Shown piece after piece: positions 61,128 to 64,000 of a stretch of DNA of 64,000 bases. The position numbers and the translations under genes were made by a program. This DNA comes from an uncultured Spirochaetota bacterium (GTDB lineage: Bacteria; Spirochaetota; Spirochaetia; SZUA-6; Fen-1364). The stretch covers positions 800,001 through 864,000 of the forward strand of contig CAWGAA010000001.1 of NCBI GenBank assembly GCA_963820525.1, given 5' to 3'. Every line of letters begins with the position of its first letter. Positions within the stretch are counted from its first letter, which is position 1. Below the pieces are notes generated by a model. That model made no database searches. It had not been told where the DNA came from and saw nothing but the letters and a program-made list of their open reading frames with translations.

Positions 61128-62018
61128 ATGAGCCGGAGCACCACGCGGGCGCGCTCCTTCATCTCCTGCACAGCGGTCTATATCATAGCGGCAGCCGCCG
61201 CCTGCCTGTTCGCCGCCAGGCTCGACCTGCCCACTCCCATCTTCAAGGCCGCGGCCGCCGACATTGCGGCGACAGTGCTCGTCTTCGCAGGAAGCCTGCT
61301 GTTCAACAACTCCAGCATCTATGACCCGTACTGGAGCGCGGCTCCGGTTCCCATTGCCATTTTCTGGGCGATGAACGGCTCCGCGGACGGAAACCCGGCA
61401 AGCCTGCGCGCGATTCTCGTGATGATCCTCTTGTGCGTATGGGCGATCCGGCTCACCGCCAATTGGGCGCGCCGCTGGCTCGGTCTGGGGCACGAGGACT
61501 GGCGCTACAGCGACTTCAGACGTTTCGGGGCCCCGGCCTATTGGATCGTCAGCTTCCTCGGGTTTCACTTCTTTCCGACCGTGCTCGTATTCCTGGGGTG
61601 CCTTTCCCTCTACCCCGTGCTCGCCGCCCCCCTCCTCCATTTCCGCCTTCTGGACCTCGCGGCCGCGGCGATCACGGTTCTGGCCATCTGGATCGAGGCC
61701 CGCTCTGACCGGGAGCTTCGCGAATTCCTGAAAACCAGCCATGAGCCTCGGGAGATATTGCAGAGGGGACTGTGGGCATGGTCCAGGCACCCGAACTATT
61801 TCGGCGAAGTTCTCTTCTGGTGGGGGCTCTATCTCTTCGCTCTCGCGGCGAACCCCGCCTTCTGGTGGGCCGCAGTGGGTCCCCTTTCGATTACATTGCT
61901 CTTCATGCTGGTGAGCGTACCGATGATGGAGAGGCACATGTCCGCCGGCCACCTTGGATATGCCGAACGTCAGAGATCGCGCTCCCCGTTGGTTCCCTGG
62001 TTCCATCGCAACACGTGA
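61128..62018 (+). CDS. DUF1295 (steroid 5-alpha reductase-like) membrane protein
   Basis: NSSIYDPYWS, HEDWRY, GLWAWSRHPNYFGE. Confidence 0.88.
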   Translation: MSRSTTRARSFISCTAVYIIAAAAACLFAARLDLPTPIFKAAAADIAATVLVFAGSLLFNNSSIYDPYWSAAPVPIAIFWAMNGSADGNPASLRAILVMILLCVWAIRLTANWARRWLGLGHEDWRYSDFRRFGAPAYWIVSFLGFHFFPTVLVFLGCLSLYPVLAAPLLHFRLLDLAAAAITVLAIWIEARSDRELREFLKTSHEPREILQRGLWAWSRHPNYFGEVLFWWGLYLFALAANPAFWWAAVGPLSITLLFMLVSVPMMERHMSAGHLGYAERQRSRSPLVPWFHRNT

Positions 62019-62191
62019 GCACGCGGAAAACTGGGAAGCCTCAAAAAATGACTTGACTTCATCCGCGGCTGGAGTACAATCAAAAAAGAGATAGCAGCCG
62101 TTATATATCCTAAAGACATTATCCCCAGCCCAATTTGGATCAGGCCTTGACGCGAGCTGCCGATTCATTGAGGTTTATTGAGGAAGTAGAA

Positions 62192-63118
62192 ATGCAAAAG
62201 GATAAAACGCCTCAACTCTCTCAGCTTCTTGATTTTTCAGATGAAAGCGTGGTGCTCCGCGAGGTTGAAAAAACCTTCCGATACGGCTATCACGCTTCGG
62301 GGTTCCGCGCCATCAGCCATGTCTACGCCTTGATCTGCCGCCTCTTCGCCGGAAAGTATCCCGGCTATCGAAAGTGCAATACGGAGTACCACGATCTCAC
62401 TCATACTCTGGAGGTCCTCGTGGCGACGGCCAGGCTCGCCGACGGCCACAACCTCCAGGGAGATCCGCTCCCGCTGGAGATGGCGACAAACCTGTATCTG
62501 GCGGCTCTTCTCCACGATACGGGGTATATTCAGCAGGAGGACGATACCGAAGGCACGGGAGCCAAGCACACCAGGAATCACGAGGAGCGAAGCGTTTCGT
62601 TCACGATGAAGAACGCCTCTCACCTCCACATTCCGCCCGGCGACGTCGAGGTGGTGTCACGACTCATCACGGGAACAGATCTGAACAACGGCTTTCCTCA
62701 GGCCGCCTTCCATGACGAGGGCGAAAGGAAGGCGGGAATTCTCCTGGCCACTGCGGACCTCCTCGGGCAGATGGCGGACCGCGCCTACCTGGAAAAGCTC
62801 ATCTTCCTGTACAGAGAGCTGCGCGAAGCAGGCATTGGAGACTACAAGACGGAGTTCGACATTCTTCGCACCACCCTCGGTTTCTATAAGATCATCCGGG
62901 AGCGCCTCGACGGGCCGCTCATGGGCGCGTACCGCGAAGTACAGATGCACTTCAAGCTGCGATTCGGCGTGGACCGAAACCTCTATATGGAAGCGATCGA
63001 GCGGCAGATGCAGTACCTCGAGGGGATCATCGCGGACGATACTGCCAACTTCAGAAAGAAGCTCAAGCGAATGGACCTGGAAGCGCTTCAGCCCGGAAAG
63101 TCCGAGAGGTCCGCGTAA
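62192..63118 (+). CDS. HD-domain protein
   Basis: YHDLTHT, LLHDTGY, HEERS, TADLLGQM. Confidence 0.85.
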   Translation: MQKDKTPQLSQLLDFSDESVVLREVEKTFRYGYHASGFRAISHVYALICRLFAGKYPGYRKCNTEYHDLTHTLEVLVATARLADGHNLQGDPLPLEMATNLYLAALLHDTGYIQQEDDTEGTGAKHTRNHEERSVSFTMKNASHLHIPPGDVEVVSRLITGTDLNNGFPQAAFHDEGERKAGILLATADLLGQMADRAYLEKLIFLYRELREAGIGDYKTEFDILRTTLGFYKIIRERLDGPLMGAYREVQMHFKLRFGVDRNLYMEAIERQMQYLEGIIADDTANFRKKLKRMDLEALQPGKSERSA

Positions 63119-63134
63119 GGCAGAGGAGGAAGGT

Positions 63135-63566
63135 ATGCTCAAAGGAATTCCCCATGTCATTTCGCCCGAGCTCTTGAAGATTCTCGATGAAATGGGACAC
63201 GCGGACGAGCTGGTGATCGGGGACTCGAACTTCCCGGCAGCCTCCAATGCCCGGCGGCTGGTCCGGGCCGATGGGGTAGACCTCATCTCGATGCTCGACG
63301 CCGTTTTGAAGCTCTACCCTCTCGACGCCTATGTACCCCGCCCCGTCGGCATCATGCACGTGGTGAAAGGGGACACCATCATCCCCACGATTCATGAGCG
63401 GATAAAGGAAACCATTGCGCGCTACGACGAACGCGGAGTCAAGGCCATCGAAATGGTTGAGCGCTTCGCCTTCTACGAGAGGGCGCGCGGGGCATACGCC
63501 ATTGTTGCAACCACGGAGCAGCAGCCCTACGCCTGCGTGATATTGAAAAAAGGGGTGGTGCGGTAG
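63135..63566 (+). CDS. fucU: FucU/RbsD family sugar mutarotase
   Basis: MLKGIP..SPELL..L.EMGHADELVIGDSNFP, ERFAFYER, ILKKGVV. Confidence 0.88.
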   Translation: MLKGIPHVISPELLKILDEMGHADELVIGDSNFPAASNARRLVRADGVDLISMLDAVLKLYPLDAYVPRPVGIMHVVKGDTIIPTIHERIKETIARYDERGVKAIEMVERFAFYERARGAYAIVATTEQQPYACVILKKGVVR

Positions 63567-63574
63567 AGCCCTAG

Positions 63575-64000
63575 GAGCCTGTCGCGAAACCCTCTTCCGG
63601 GAAGCCATTGAATTGAGGTCCCGGCCATTGATAGAGTGGCCGCATGGGAGAGGGAACTTTTCGATCCTATCAGCCTGATCAGCCGTACCTCCTTCCACCC
63701 CGAGTGGATGAATGGCTGCCCGACGGCCACTTGGTGTACTTCATGCGCGACGTGGTGGAAACGCTGGACCTCGAGGCGATTTATTCAAGCTATCAATTGA
63801 GCGAAGGCGGACGTCCGCCGTACGAGCCGCGGATGATGCTGGCCTTGGTTCTGTATGCCTACAGCGTCGGGGTATACAGTTCGCGAAAGATCGAGCAGGC
63901 CTGCTGGGAGTCGGTGGCCTTTCGGGTACTCAGTGCGGATCAACATCCCGACCATGCGACGATCGCCAGCTTCCGCAAGCGGCATTTGAAGGAGTTGGGG
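63575..64000 (+). mobile_element. IS1182-family IS, left part (transposase from 63644, runs off the window)
   Basis: IR-like GAGCCTGTCGCGAAACC after CTAG; EWLPDGHL, GRPPYEPRMMLALVLYAY, PDHATIASFR. Confidence 0.85.

Overview
The window has two halves. Positions ~1-31.9 kb hold the distal part of a large chromosomal integron cassette array. It has 20 attC sites with all cassettes on the + strand, and no intI or attI is visible in the window. The AT-rich cassettes include five toxin-antitoxin modules, a GNAT, an ankyrin protein, two lipoproteins, a putative nuclease and membrane proteins. Seven related ~290 bp ORF-less cassettes can each fold a conserved ~180 nt structure on the + strand; this candidate ncRNA cassette family is the most novel feature. 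The array is heavily invaded by IS elements: IS1634, 3x IS1380, 3x IS30 (all at the same position of the attC R'' box), an IS5/ISNCY-like element with a DUF6788-like passenger, IS200 and IS1182. An IS481 remnant and an IS110 follow at the array edge. Positions ~31.9-64 kb are GC-rich core genome: pseudouridine catabolism, a hoxFUYH NAD-reducing [NiFe] hydrogenase whose maturation protease is fused to a receiver domain, MsrA, two-component genes, GatC-like PTS IIC, RND and ABC transporters, HtrA, EBP/DUF1295, an HD protein, a FucU/RbsD protein and a terminal IS1182. All family assignments come from motif recognition by eye, not database searches.
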